This document shows, one piece after another, positions 1 through 8,394 of a DNA stretch of 24,268 nucleotides. The position numbers and the translations under genes are program-made. Source of the DNA: Candidatus Thalassarchaeaceae archaeon (GTDB lineage: Archaea > Thermoplasmatota > Poseidoniia > Poseidoniales > Thalassarchaeaceae); NCBI GenBank assembly GCA_013330385.1, contig DUIL01000143.1, forward strand, positions 642 to 24,909, given 5' to 3'. Position 1 is the first letter of the stretch; each line of letters opens with the position of its first letter. The notes under the pieces are model-generated. The model ran no database searches. It had not been told where the DNA came from and worked only from the letters and a program-made list of their open reading frames with translations.

Positions 1-1
1 T

Positions 2-817
2 CATTATCCTCCTTACATGGCCTATCCTCAGATGTATGGGGCGATTACTGTCGAATATCGTTTAGATTCACAAAATGGTTGGCGTATTGACCTTGAAGAC
101 ATACGTTCCAAGATGGACGATAACGTCCGTCTTCTAGTCCTAATTAATCCAAACAACCCAACTGGAAATGTAGCTACTGCTTCCGAGATAGACGCACTAA
201 TCGATATCGCTGAAAAGTGGCCAAAATGTACGATAATTGCAGATGAAATTTACGACGGCCTCGACTTTACTGACAATCTTGTTTCTGTAGCATCTCGCTC
301 TGGCAAAGTACCAATCATCACACTTAATGGAGTCTCTAAGGTCTACTTCGCCCCAGGTTGGAGAATTGGGTACATGGCATGGTATGACCCCGAATCTAAG
401 TTATCCCTCGTACGTGATGGTGTTGAGCGATTATTGCGCAGTAGGTTATGTGCTTCTACCCCTGCTCAATATGGATTCCTTGCAGGACTGAATGATTCAA
501 CCGATTGGCTAATTGGGCACAGAATCAAAATTAAGCAACGAATGGATTATTGTTTAAATCGCATAGAGGAAATTGAAGGAATCGAATGTCAAGCACCCGG
601 TGGGGCTTTCTATCTCTTTGTCCAAATCACGGATGAGAATATAGAATCTGACAAAGAATGGGTCCTTGACCTTCTTCATCAACACCACGTTTTGGTGGTT
701 CATGGTTCAGGATTTTCACCTGAATTCGGAAGCGGTCACTTCCGCATGGTTTGCTTACCTTCTGTCGATATTCTTGAAAAAGCATTTGATCGTATTGACC
801 AATTCATAAATGGTTGA
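2..817 (+). CDS. PLP-dependent class I/II aminotransferase (AlaA/AspC-like), 5'-truncated by the window edge
   Basis: The frame is open from nt 2 (HYPPYMAY...). Motifs: LINPNNPTG, ADEIYD, PLP-lysine segment GVSKVYFAPGWRIGY, C-terminal PGGAFYLF and HFRMV. Confidence 0.93.
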   Translation, partial: HYPPYMAYPQMYGAITVEYRLDSQNGWRIDLEDIRSKMDDNVRLLVLINPNNPTGNVATASEIDALIDIAEKWPKCTIIADEIYDGLDFTDNLVSVASRSGKVPIITLNGVSKVYFAPGWRIGYMAWYDPESKLSLVRDGVERLLRSRLCASTPAQYGFLAGLNDSTDWLIGHRIKIKQRMDYCLNRIEEIEGIECQAPGGAFYLFVQITDENIESDKEWVLDLLHQHHVLVVHGSGFSPEFGSGHFRMVCLPSVDILEKAFDRIDQFING

Positions 818-821
818 TGTC

Positions 822-1910
822 ATGGGCTTCTTCGATTTCTTGAAAGTTGGTAAGGGGCATGAAGATGTGCCTTTAGTTCAGCGTTGGGTTTCAACATCTG
901 ATGGATTAATTAGAGATTCAGCACGGGAAATGCAACCAGTATGGATTATTGGTACTAATTATTTCGAGTCGTGGATTCAAGGTGTCGAAGAGAGAACGAA
1001 TCAAAGCCTTGGTCGCCGATTGGCCCATGCTGCTGCCGAATCTGAAGAATATATGCTTCTGAAAGGCAAATCATACTCCATGCCTAAGGGTGGAAATCCA
1101 GATACTTGGAATTCTTTACAAAACGATTGGATGTCAAGAGGTATTGGTTATTTTAGTTCACTCGATTCATCTAATGAAGAGAAAAGAATTGTCGTGGTCA
1201 AGCCAGCATATGGGCCAATATGTGCTGGGTTTATCGCTTCCGCCGTTGAAACTTCTAGTAATATTCGACATCGATTTAGATGGAGTGAATCGAAAGATCA
1301 GAGCCTAATTGTATCACTTTCTCCAGATCAATCCGAAGTGCCTCCTCCACGAAAAATGAAAACTTTTTGGGCGGATAATGAAAGTGAAAAATGTGATTCT
1401 GAATTATTTGAAACTCTGGAAATTGGACATAACGGAAGTTGGGCAATAATGGGTAATAGATGTATGGTGATTCATCGAGATTTAATTCTTCGATTCGCAG
1501 AATATTGTGAACCATATTTGGATGAAATACACACCGGTTATGACAATTATATATTTTCAGGTAATTCTCAAGATGAGAATTTGATGTGGACTGCGATGGC
1601 CGATTCAATTCGAAAGTCGACATTTGAATCCGCTCCTCATATTTTAATTTCAAAACCCGATGATTGGAAGAGAGTAACTTCTAGACATCTTTCATTGCAT
1701 GGTCTGGGAAATGTATCTTCAGTCGATGCGATTGATTCTCACGGTGGTGTTAAATTATCTCTTTCTGGATGCTTTCATCCTGCAATCTCAGGCGGTGTTC
1801 TTCTAGCTTGTTGGGAAAGGGCTTATGGCCGCCGGGGGAAATTACAGTGCGATATTAACAGCGGCGTAGTGAGCCTATTTCTGTCATCTTCTGTTGCTTT
1901 AGTGAATTGA
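822..1910 (+). CDS. Hypothetical protein with two tandem V4R-like (4-vinyl reductase/Bet3-like) domains
   Basis: ORF 810..1910; ATG 822 is preferred because GGTTGA lies at 812-817. The two halves share a V4R-like pattern: DWMSRGIGYF...GPICAGFIASAVE...RHRFRW, and GSWAIMGNRCMVI...LSLHGLGNV...PAISGGVLLACWERAYG. The CDS is confident; the fold is inferred. Confidence 0.55.
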   Translation: MGFFDFLKVGKGHEDVPLVQRWVSTSDGLIRDSAREMQPVWIIGTNYFESWIQGVEERTNQSLGRRLAHAAAESEEYMLLKGKSYSMPKGGNPDTWNSLQNDWMSRGIGYFSSLDSSNEEKRIVVVKPAYGPICAGFIASAVETSSNIRHRFRWSESKDQSLIVSLSPDQSEVPPPRKMKTFWADNESEKCDSELFETLEIGHNGSWAIMGNRCMVIHRDLILRFAEYCEPYLDEIHTGYDNYIFSGNSQDENLMWTAMADSIRKSTFESAPHILISKPDDWKRVTSRHLSLHGLGNVSSVDAIDSHGGVKLSLSGCFHPAISGGVLLACWERAYGRRGKLQCDINSGVVSLFLSSSVALVN

Positions 1911-1964
1911 CCCGTGAGATGCGTTACCGCTGAAACATTATAGCCGAACCCAAGGTCAAAGGAA

Positions 1965-1982
1965 CGGCCCCATTAGGGGCCG
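1965..1982 (+). promoter_or_regulatory. Perfect GC-rich hairpin abutting the RBS of the repeat-protein gene
   Basis: CGGCCCC-ATTA-GGGGCCG (7-bp stem, 4-nt loop), followed directly by GGGTGA (1982-1987) and ATG 1993. Confidence 0.45.
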
Positions 1983-1992
1983 GGTGAAGAAA

Positions 1993-4900
1993 ATGGCTCT
2001 AACTCATAATCAATATGCAGTTGCCGCAATAGCTGCGACTCTCTGTCTTGCCGGATTTTACACAATTATTGACGCGGGTCTTTCCACTACAGAATCTGGC
2101 GGTTTTGATTCAGCTGGAGATGATGTAATTACTGATGGCTCTGAAAACCAACAGGCTGGTGAAGACTTCGATAATGATGGTCTTCCTGATAGAATGGAAC
2201 AAACTCTTTATGGCACTGATTGGAGAAATAATGATACTGATAATGATGGGTTAGAAGACGGTTGGGAGATACAGAATGGGCTTGACCCACTAGATTCTGG
2301 CGAGCCTACTTCCGGCGAAATTGAAAACGAGAATCCTGGTGAAGAGGAAGAAACTGGTGAGCAGAATGAAACATTCCCAGACCCTGATAATGGCCCATTT
2401 GGAGATCCCGACAGGGATGGTTTGACCAATGAAGAGGAAGCCGCAATAGGCACTAACCCAACTGTCCAAGATAGTGATGGTGATGGACTCAATGATCGTT
2501 GGGAATCTCTATACACAGATACGATCCAAACAGCACAGGGTCCAGTTACTCTTCTAGATCCTCTAAATCCTAATTGGGGCTGTTCTCTTTTGACTCCGCA
2601 AATTGAAACTGAGATTCAAATTTCCATTGGCACTGCAACATGGAACGATTTGCCAATTGGTCCTAATGGAGACCACTCATGTGATTCGGTATTAGATATC
2701 GATCGTCAAGGGCCAGATAGCCTTCCAAACTTCCTTGAAGAGATTTATGATACAAATCCTCTTGAAGAAGATAGTGATAATGACTTAATTCCAGATCGAG
2801 TCGAGGTTGCATTTGGAAGTTTAGATTTACAGGTTCACTGTGGTGTACCTCAATTTGGAACAGTAAGAATGGATGCACCTTACACTGATTTGATGTCCGG
2901 CACAGGTGATTTGACTTGGTTCAATCAAGATATGGACAACGATGGACGACTGAATGGGCCGGGCGATTGGGATACTGACGGCGATGGGATGCCAGATGGT
3001 TTTGAGTACTGTTACAACACACTTCTCAACCCTGCAAATTCTACTGATGCATACGGGGATGGTGATGAAGACAGTCTCAATAATGTAGAGGAGTATGAGG
3101 TTGCCTATACTTGGGGAGCAGTCAATTTCACTAGTCCTCTGGACGCCGATACCGATAACGATGGAATGCCTGATGGTTGGGAGTATCACAATGGAATACA
3201 CCCTAATGATGGAAGTAATGCTGAAGATGATCCTGACTTTGATGGATATGATGCAGATGGTGATGGTGGGGTTCGCTACAGTGAATTGGTTGGTGTAACT
3301 ACCGTCCACACTATCACTGTTGAAATTGGAGAATTTGTCCAAGTTAATCGAACAGTACTTTGGGTTCGCACCGTACAAGAAAGTCAGTATGTCAATATAC
3401 CAATTAAGGCTCCAACTGCTGGATGGATTTATGCAATTAATGTGGAAATAGGTCAAGAAGTAACTAGCCGATTGCAAGATCTAATTATCATCGTCGAGGA
3501 TAATGAAAGATTCACGAATCTAGATGAATACAATGCTCGAGATAGAGACGGAGACGGTATTATCGATGGCCGTTCTACTGACCCTCTAGTTCCAGATACA
3601 GACAATGATGGTCTGTTAGACGGCATAGAAGTTATTGGCTGGACAATTAGAATTGTCGATATGGGTGTTAGAGATGTTCTTGTCCGTTCTGATCCAGGTA
3701 TCTATGATACAGATCGAGATGGTCTCTCTGATTCGGTAGAATACTATGAGACATTTACTAATGCAACCGATAGGGATACTGATAGTGATGGTTTAGAGGA
3801 CTTTACTGAGGCAATTGATGGATTTACTTGGAACGGCACTACTTACTACACAAATGCTTCAATGTTTGATACAGACAATGATGGTCTTGACGACGGCGAA
3901 GAAGTCGTTGACGGGGCCGACCAATACATTACTCACGCCAACAATGCGGACACTGATGATGATGGTCTAAATGATGGAGGTGAGGTGCTCCATATTCCTC
4001 GACCTTGGCAAAGCGCAACTAATCCTCTAGATAATGACACAGATGGTGATGGCCAACCCGACGGTTGGGAAATGCAGGTTTTCTCAGTTCAACAGAATAC
4101 CAATAGCCATAGTCTCTGGGTTACAACTCAGAATTGGCTTCCTCTTGGATGTAATGATATGCAGTTATGTGGACTTGGCCCTGGGGGCTGGGTCTGGGAT
4201 AGTTATCTCAAGGGATTCCAAACTTCTGGAGATCGTAATGGAGACGGTGCCTTGGACCCTAAGTACTTCATCTACGAAATGAATTTGACAGGGTTCAACA
4301 TCCCTACAAATGGCCGTTGGGCACTTGACCCCTCGTTCTCATCATCTCCTGATTCCTCCTTTGACATAGATAACGACACATTACTCAATTCAATGGAAGC
4401 TCCTGATCGCTGGGATACAAATCCAGTCGATGACGATACTGACGGGGATCTTCTTCCAGATGGTTGGGAGGTATCTGCATCCGAGCGAGCTATTAATCTT
4501 GGATTAGTCGATAATAACACTCTAGATGCTCTAGGTGCTAGAGGACCAATGGATCCAAGAATGCCTGATTCTAATCTCGACGGAATCGACGATGGCTCCG
4601 AGGATTTTGATGGAGATGGTCTGAATAAAACACATTTGCTTAACCGCTATTGCCCCGGGTGGGATGACCCACAGAATTACGAGTGTCACATTGACCCTTA
4701 CACCAATAGTGGCTCCTCATTCTACAATGACCTTGCTAATTATACAAATTATGAAGAGTTCCAAAATGGGACCGATGCCGTATTAGCTGATACAGATGGT
4801 GATGGTTGGCATGATGGCTCAGAGGTATATCATCAAGATCATGACAATGATGGTATGTGGTCTGGATGGGAATTTTACTTTGATTTCGACCCATTTGATC

Positions 4901-5025
4901 CAGCAGATGCGATGATTGATTCTGATGGCGATGGTTACTATAACAAATGTGAAAATAAGTGGAATACTAACCCTAAGGATCCAACTAGCTTCCCCAGCCA
5001 AGGTGAATTATGTACCAACGATTGA
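1993..5025 (+). CDS. Large acidic membrane-anchored or secreted Ca-binding repeat protein (bacterial TSP3-like DxDxDG repeats) with an inserted lipoyl-like domain
   Basis: N-terminal hydrophobic segment YAVAAIAATLCLAGFYTII. More than 20 D-x-D-x-D-G-x-x-D/N-x-x-E motifs (e.g. DTDNDGLEDGWE, DTDGDGMPDGFE), often preceded by T[DN]P. ATG 1993 is preferred over GTG 1984 because of the RBS GGGTGA. Confidence 0.85.
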   Translation: MALTHNQYAVAAIAATLCLAGFYTIIDAGLSTTESGGFDSAGDDVITDGSENQQAGEDFDNDGLPDRMEQTLYGTDWRNNDTDNDGLEDGWEIQNGLDPLDSGEPTSGEIENENPGEEEETGEQNETFPDPDNGPFGDPDRDGLTNEEEAAIGTNPTVQDSDGDGLNDRWESLYTDTIQTAQGPVTLLDPLNPNWGCSLLTPQIETEIQISIGTATWNDLPIGPNGDHSCDSVLDIDRQGPDSLPNFLEEIYDTNPLEEDSDNDLIPDRVEVAFGSLDLQVHCGVPQFGTVRMDAPYTDLMSGTGDLTWFNQDMDNDGRLNGPGDWDTDGDGMPDGFEYCYNTLLNPANSTDAYGDGDEDSLNNVEEYEVAYTWGAVNFTSPLDADTDNDGMPDGWEYHNGIHPNDGSNAEDDPDFDGYDADGDGGVRYSELVGVTTVHTITVEIGEFVQVNRTVLWVRTVQESQYVNIPIKAPTAGWIYAINVEIGQEVTSRLQDLIIIVEDNERFTNLDEYNARDRDGDGIIDGRSTDPLVPDTDNDGLLDGIEVIGWTIRIVDMGVRDVLVRSDPGIYDTDRDGLSDSVEYYETFTNATDRDTDSDGLEDFTEAIDGFTWNGTTYYTNASMFDTDNDGLDDGEEVVDGADQYITHANNADTDDDGLNDGGEVLHIPRPWQSATNPLDNDTDGDGQPDGWEMQVFSVQQNTNSHSLWVTTQNWLPLGCNDMQLCGLGPGGWVWDSYLKGFQTSGDRNGDGALDPKYFIYEMNLTGFNIPTNGRWALDPSFSSSPDSSFDIDNDTLLNSMEAPDRWDTNPVDDDTDGDLLPDGWEVSASERAINLGLVDNNTLDALGARGPMDPRMPDSNLDGIDDGSEDFDGDGLNKTHLLNRYCPGWDDPQNYECHIDPYTNSGSSFYNDLANYTNYEEFQNGTDAVLADTDGDGWHDGSEVYHQDHDNDGMWSGWEFYFDFDPFDPADAMIDSDGDGYYNKCENKWNTNPKDPTSFPSQGELCTND

Positions 5026-5073
5026 CCTGCTGGGTTATTGTGCAACATCGTCTTGTAAATATGTGGTGAATTG

Positions 5074-5547
5074 ATGTCTTGGTGGATACTTCCAACCACT
5101 GCAGACATTGGTTTTCGAGCATTTGCCGAGACTCCTGAAGAAGTTTTCAGACAATCTTCCCTTGCCTTGCAAGGTATTCAGTTATCTGAACATGGCGAAG
5201 CAGTTCTTGAGGGTCATCTCCGCAATGTTTCAGAGTGGTCATCGGAATTGCCCAATGGAGACCTAGAAAGAGGACTTGTTCGATGGTTAGAAGAAGTATT
5301 ATTCCAGGGTTCTGTGGAAAACAAGTGGCTTGTAGAGATGCAGGCAGTAATAGAAGAAGGAGCAGTTTCTTGCCAAGTTCTTTGGGTGAACTCAGAAGAT
5401 GTTGAGCTTGAAGTAGAAGTGAAAGCAGTAACTCTACACAATCTAATTTTCAGGCAAGTTGGAAATCACGAAGTGGTGGATGGTGTTGACAGTGTTCCTT
5501 CATTCGAAGGTCCAGGGTGGATGGCCCAAGTCATTCTTGACATTTGA
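5074..5547 (+). CDS. Archease (cofactor of RtcB tRNA ligase)
   Basis: N-terminal PTTADIGFRAFAETPEEVF, internal EVKAVTLHNL and C-terminal AQVILDI match the archease hallmarks (TAD, KAxT, terminal DI). RBS GGTGA at 5065-5069. Confidence 0.88.
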   Translation: MSWWILPTTADIGFRAFAETPEEVFRQSSLALQGIQLSEHGEAVLEGHLRNVSEWSSELPNGDLERGLVRWLEEVLFQGSVENKWLVEMQAVIEEGAVSCQVLWVNSEDVELEVEVKAVTLHNLIFRQVGNHEVVDGVDSVPSFEGPGWMAQVILDI

Positions 5548-5554
5548 TAGTCAA

Positions 5555-6607
5555 TTATTCTTCAACATTGAAGCGCTGATAGACTTCATTTGTTGTTTGT
5601 GTAACTCGAATAAAAGTCGTGCATTTCGGTAAATCTTTGATTCTTCTTGCTCCTACATATGAACAGGCGGAACGAACTCCGCCAAGAATTGCCTGAACCG
5701 TAATCTCAACTGGTCCTCTGTAAGGAACTCGAACTTCTTTCCCTTCTGGTGCACGATGTTTGGCTACCTCGCCGTAGTGTGATTCCATGGCTTTAGCACT
5801 AGACATACCGTAGAACGATTTGTATTGTTTACCATCTCCATTTGTGACCAGTTCCCCCCCTGATTCATCATGACCTGCGAACATGCCTCCAAGCATAACA
5901 AAGTCAGCACCAGCGGCAAATGCTTTGGCGACATCTCCTGGGCTGGAACAGCCCCCATCTGCCATCACATGACCTCCTAAGCCATGCGCAGCGTCAGCGC
6001 ATTCAGCAATGGCCGACAATTGCGGATATCCGACCCCTGCTACCTTTCGAGTTGTGCAAACAGAACCGGGTCCTATTCCAACCTTGACGACATCTGCACC
6101 CGCGAGAATTAGTGCCTCTGTCATTTCGCGGGTTGCGATGTTTCCTGCAATAATTATGTTTGAGGGAAACTCATTTCTAACTCTCTTTACAAATTCTAAG
6201 AATACTTCTCGATATCCATTAGCAACATCTATGCAAATCATCTTTGTATTATCATTAGTTGCCATTTTTCTTTTCAATAGTTCAAATGAGTTTTCTGTGG
6301 AGCCACAAGTTATGGCGACAAATTCGGGGTTGACACCATCTTTCCATGCTTGAGAATAATCCCGGGTAGAGTAGAATTTTTGCATACAGGTAATCATTTG
6401 GTGTTTTTGTAATTCTGCTGCAATACTGAATAACCCAGTTGTGTCCATATTTGCTGCTACTACTGGAACTCCTGTCCATGTGGTGTCGGAGTGCCTGAAA
6501 GTAAAATCACGAACGAGCGTTACATCTGATCTTGAAACAAGTGTACTGCGCTTCGGTCGAATCAAAACATCGTCAAAAGTAAGCTTCACATCGTGCTCTA
6601 CACGCAT
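5555..6607 (-). CDS. guaC: GMP reductase (E. coli/eukaryote type, GMPR1)
   Basis: Begins MRVEHDVKLTFDDVLIRPKRSTLVSRSDV. Contains ANMDTTG, IDVANGY, KVGIGPGSVCTTR (catalytic Cys), ADGG, FYGMSS and GGVRSACSYVGA. No CBS domains, 350 aa. Confidence 0.95.
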   Translation of the reverse strand: MRVEHDVKLTFDDVLIRPKRSTLVSRSDVTLVRDFTFRHSDTTWTGVPVVAANMDTTGLFSIAAELQKHQMITCMQKFYSTRDYSQAWKDGVNPEFVAITCGSTENSFELLKRKMATNDNTKMICIDVANGYREVFLEFVKRVRNEFPSNIIIAGNIATREMTEALILAGADVVKVGIGPGSVCTTRKVAGVGYPQLSAIAECADAAHGLGGHVMADGGCSSPGDVAKAFAAGADFVMLGGMFAGHDESGGELVTNGDGKQYKSFYGMSSAKAMESHYGEVAKHRAPEGKEVRVPYRGPVEITVQAILGGVRSACSYVGARRIKDLPKCTTFIRVTQTTNEVYQRFNVEE

Positions 6608-6719
6608 TGGAACCTTACTTGTCCAACGAAGCGGTGCTTAAGACCGTTCTGACTTGTTTAGGAATCATCTGCAATCCCGATAATTGACCCTTAGTGTCTT
6701 AATGGCACACAACCAATAT

Positions 6720-6797
6720 TGGTGCTCGTGCCGGGATTTGAACCCGGGTCGTCGCCTCGAGAGGGCGACATGATGGACCGAACTACACCACACGAGC
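6720..6797 (-). tRNA. trnE: tRNA-Glu, anticodon CUC, CCA encoded
   Basis: Reverse complement GCTCGTG...TCGCC-CTCTCGA-GGCGA...CCGGG-TTCAAAT-CCCGG-CACGAGC-A-CCA. Acceptor, anticodon and T stems all pair; no intron. Confidence 0.97.
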
Positions 6798-6821
6798 TTG
6801 TATCCGCGCCACTGACCATTC

Positions 6822-6830
6822 GTATATGAA
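6822..6830 (-). promoter_or_regulatory. Putative TATA box of tRNA-Glu
   Basis: TTCATATAC on the minus strand, ending 25 nt upstream of the tRNA 5' end. Confidence 0.55.
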
Positions 6831-6863
6831 AACGATGGATGCAGCGTCTATTTGGTCTTCAGG

Positions 6864-6883
6864 TTCACTTTCACTTTCACTTT
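6864..6883. repeat. Short tandem hexamer repeat (TTCACT)x3.3
   Basis: TTCACT TTCACT TTCACT TT in the intergenic region between tRNA-Glu and the wHTH gene. Confidence 0.7.
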
Positions 6884-7205
6884 ACTCTCTTTTATCGTCA
6901 TTGATATGCAGAAGGTGTGACATTAGGCCATGAACCAAAGCCTAAACACCGCTAGCAGTCTAATCTACAGGAAGAGAGCAGACCCTGTACGAATAGTTAG
7001 CTTATCTGCATTAAGAAAGACAACAAAAAGCCGTATTGCACCAAGTTCAGATGCAATGGTCAACTCTAATGGGACTCCCGCATTAGAAGGAAGTTGGCTA
7101 CCCATGAGGAAGCCTACAATCCGAATCAATGTTAGTCGTAAGAGTTGGTCCGGACTCCATGATAGAGTTCTCGCCTCCCGATCAATCCCTATGGAGGTGG
7201 CATAA

Positions 7206-7460
7206 ATGTCACGTACCCGAAGGTTAAGAGAAGCTATTCGTGTGCTATTAGAAGAAAAAGGAACTGCGAACACGGTCGAGGTATTTGATCACTTGAATGA
7301 GCGCTTCCGATGGGGTGCTACTATGAATCAAGTAGGTAATATTCTAGCCAAAGATAGAAGATTTGCCAAAGTTGGTCATAAGAGAGGACAATTCAGAGGC
7401 AGTGTGTACACTGTATGCGTGTGGGCACTTGCTGAGGAACACATCGCTGTAGTTGTTTGA
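7206..7460 (+). CDS. Small winged-helix DNA-binding protein (DUF3860-like, common in marine Thermoplasmatota)
   Basis: Strong RBS GGAGGTGG just upstream. Sequence RLREAIRVLLEEKGTANTVEVFDHLNERFRWGATMNQVGNILAKDRRFAKVG...YTVCVWAL has three helices plus a wing. The family name is recalled, not searched. Confidence 0.7.
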   Translation: MSRTRRLREAIRVLLEEKGTANTVEVFDHLNERFRWGATMNQVGNILAKDRRFAKVGHKRGQFRGSVYTVCVWALAEEHIAVVV

Positions 7461-7500
7461 AGCGGTAATCATCAAGACTGATTGGTGAGCGCCACATATT

Positions 7501-8394
7501 ATGAGCAGCATAGCCGATTGGATACATCTGTTCAGAGCGGGCAACTGCCTCACTGGTTTCGTTGGCGTTTTCTTAGGTGCCACATTGTCATTGAATGGTA
7601 TGCCAAATGGCGATGAAGCAATCATTACTTTCCTCCTAGCTTTGTCTGTATATTCATTCATGGCTTCATGGAATGCGTTGAATGACTATATTGATGTGGA
7701 AATAGATAAAATGAATCGTCCTGATAGACCTCTTCCCGCCGGGAGAATTAGTCTGAGAACTGCTAAATTTGTAATTTCATTAATGATGATAGTATCATTT
7801 TCTTCACTAATTGGTGCAGCATTAATCGCATCTAACATGAATGAAGATTTCAGTAACTGGTATCCGACAATTATTATTTGGTTTATGGCGATTTTCTTAC
7901 TAGTAAATTATGAGTCAATAGGATCTTACACTTTAGGCTTGAAAGAAAAGGGCCTTCCTGGTAATTTAGCAATTTCATTATCAGTGGGTTTGGTTGCTTT
8001 ATTCGGCGCAGCAGGCGTTTTTGATCCATTGAATTTGAAAGCCATAACTCTATTTTTCATAGGTACATTGTTTAATTTTGCTAGAGAGATAGTCAAAGAT
8101 GTTGAAGATATGGAGGGTGATGAGGGTCGCAATACATATGCAATGAGAGTCGGAGCAGAAAAGGCCAGACTAACTGCTTGGCTAATTCTTTTACTTACTC
8201 TAATTGTGATTATAGCACCGTTTGCTTTAGGTGTATTCCCCCAAATTCATCTTCTATTAGTAACTCCTGCTTTATTCACGCTAATGGGTGTCAAGAAACA
8301 TATTGTTCTAGCTGAGGATACTGCTGCCTCTAAGAAAATAAAAGTTTCAATGATACTGACAATACTTGGTCTTCTCGCTAGTGTCTTAATCTAA
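7501..8394 (+). CDS. Digeranylgeranylglyceryl-phosphate (DGGGP) synthase, UbiA prenyltransferase family
   Basis: LFRAGNCL N-terminus. Asp-rich motifs NALNDYIDVEIDKMNRPDRPLPAGRI and REIVKDVEDMEGD. About 8 hydrophobic TM segments. Confidence 0.9.
   Translation: MSSIADWIHLFRAGNCLTGFVGVFLGATLSLNGMPNGDEAIITFLLALSVYSFMASWNALNDYIDVEIDKMNRPDRPLPAGRISLRTAKFVISLMMIVSFSSLIGAALIASNMNEDFSNWYPTIIIWFMAIFLLVNYESIGSYTLGLKEKGLPGNLAISLSVGLVALFGAAGVFDPLNLKAITLFFIGTLFNFAREIVKDVEDMEGDEGRNTYAMRVGAEKARLTAWLILLLTLIVIIAPFALGVFPQIHLLLVTPALFTLMGVKKHIVLAEDTAASKKIKVSMILTILGLLASVLI

Noticed and set aside
1993-5025. Recurrent gatacagac/gatggt DNA words suggesting a CRISPR-like array
   Set aside because: Fully explained by the DTDxDG protein repeats; there is no fixed-length repeat-spacer structure.
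6930-7273. ORFs 6930..7205 (+) and 6965..7273 (-)
   Set aside because: No recognisable motifs or clear RBS, they overlap each other, and the minus ORF runs antisense into the wHTH gene. Not called as CDS.
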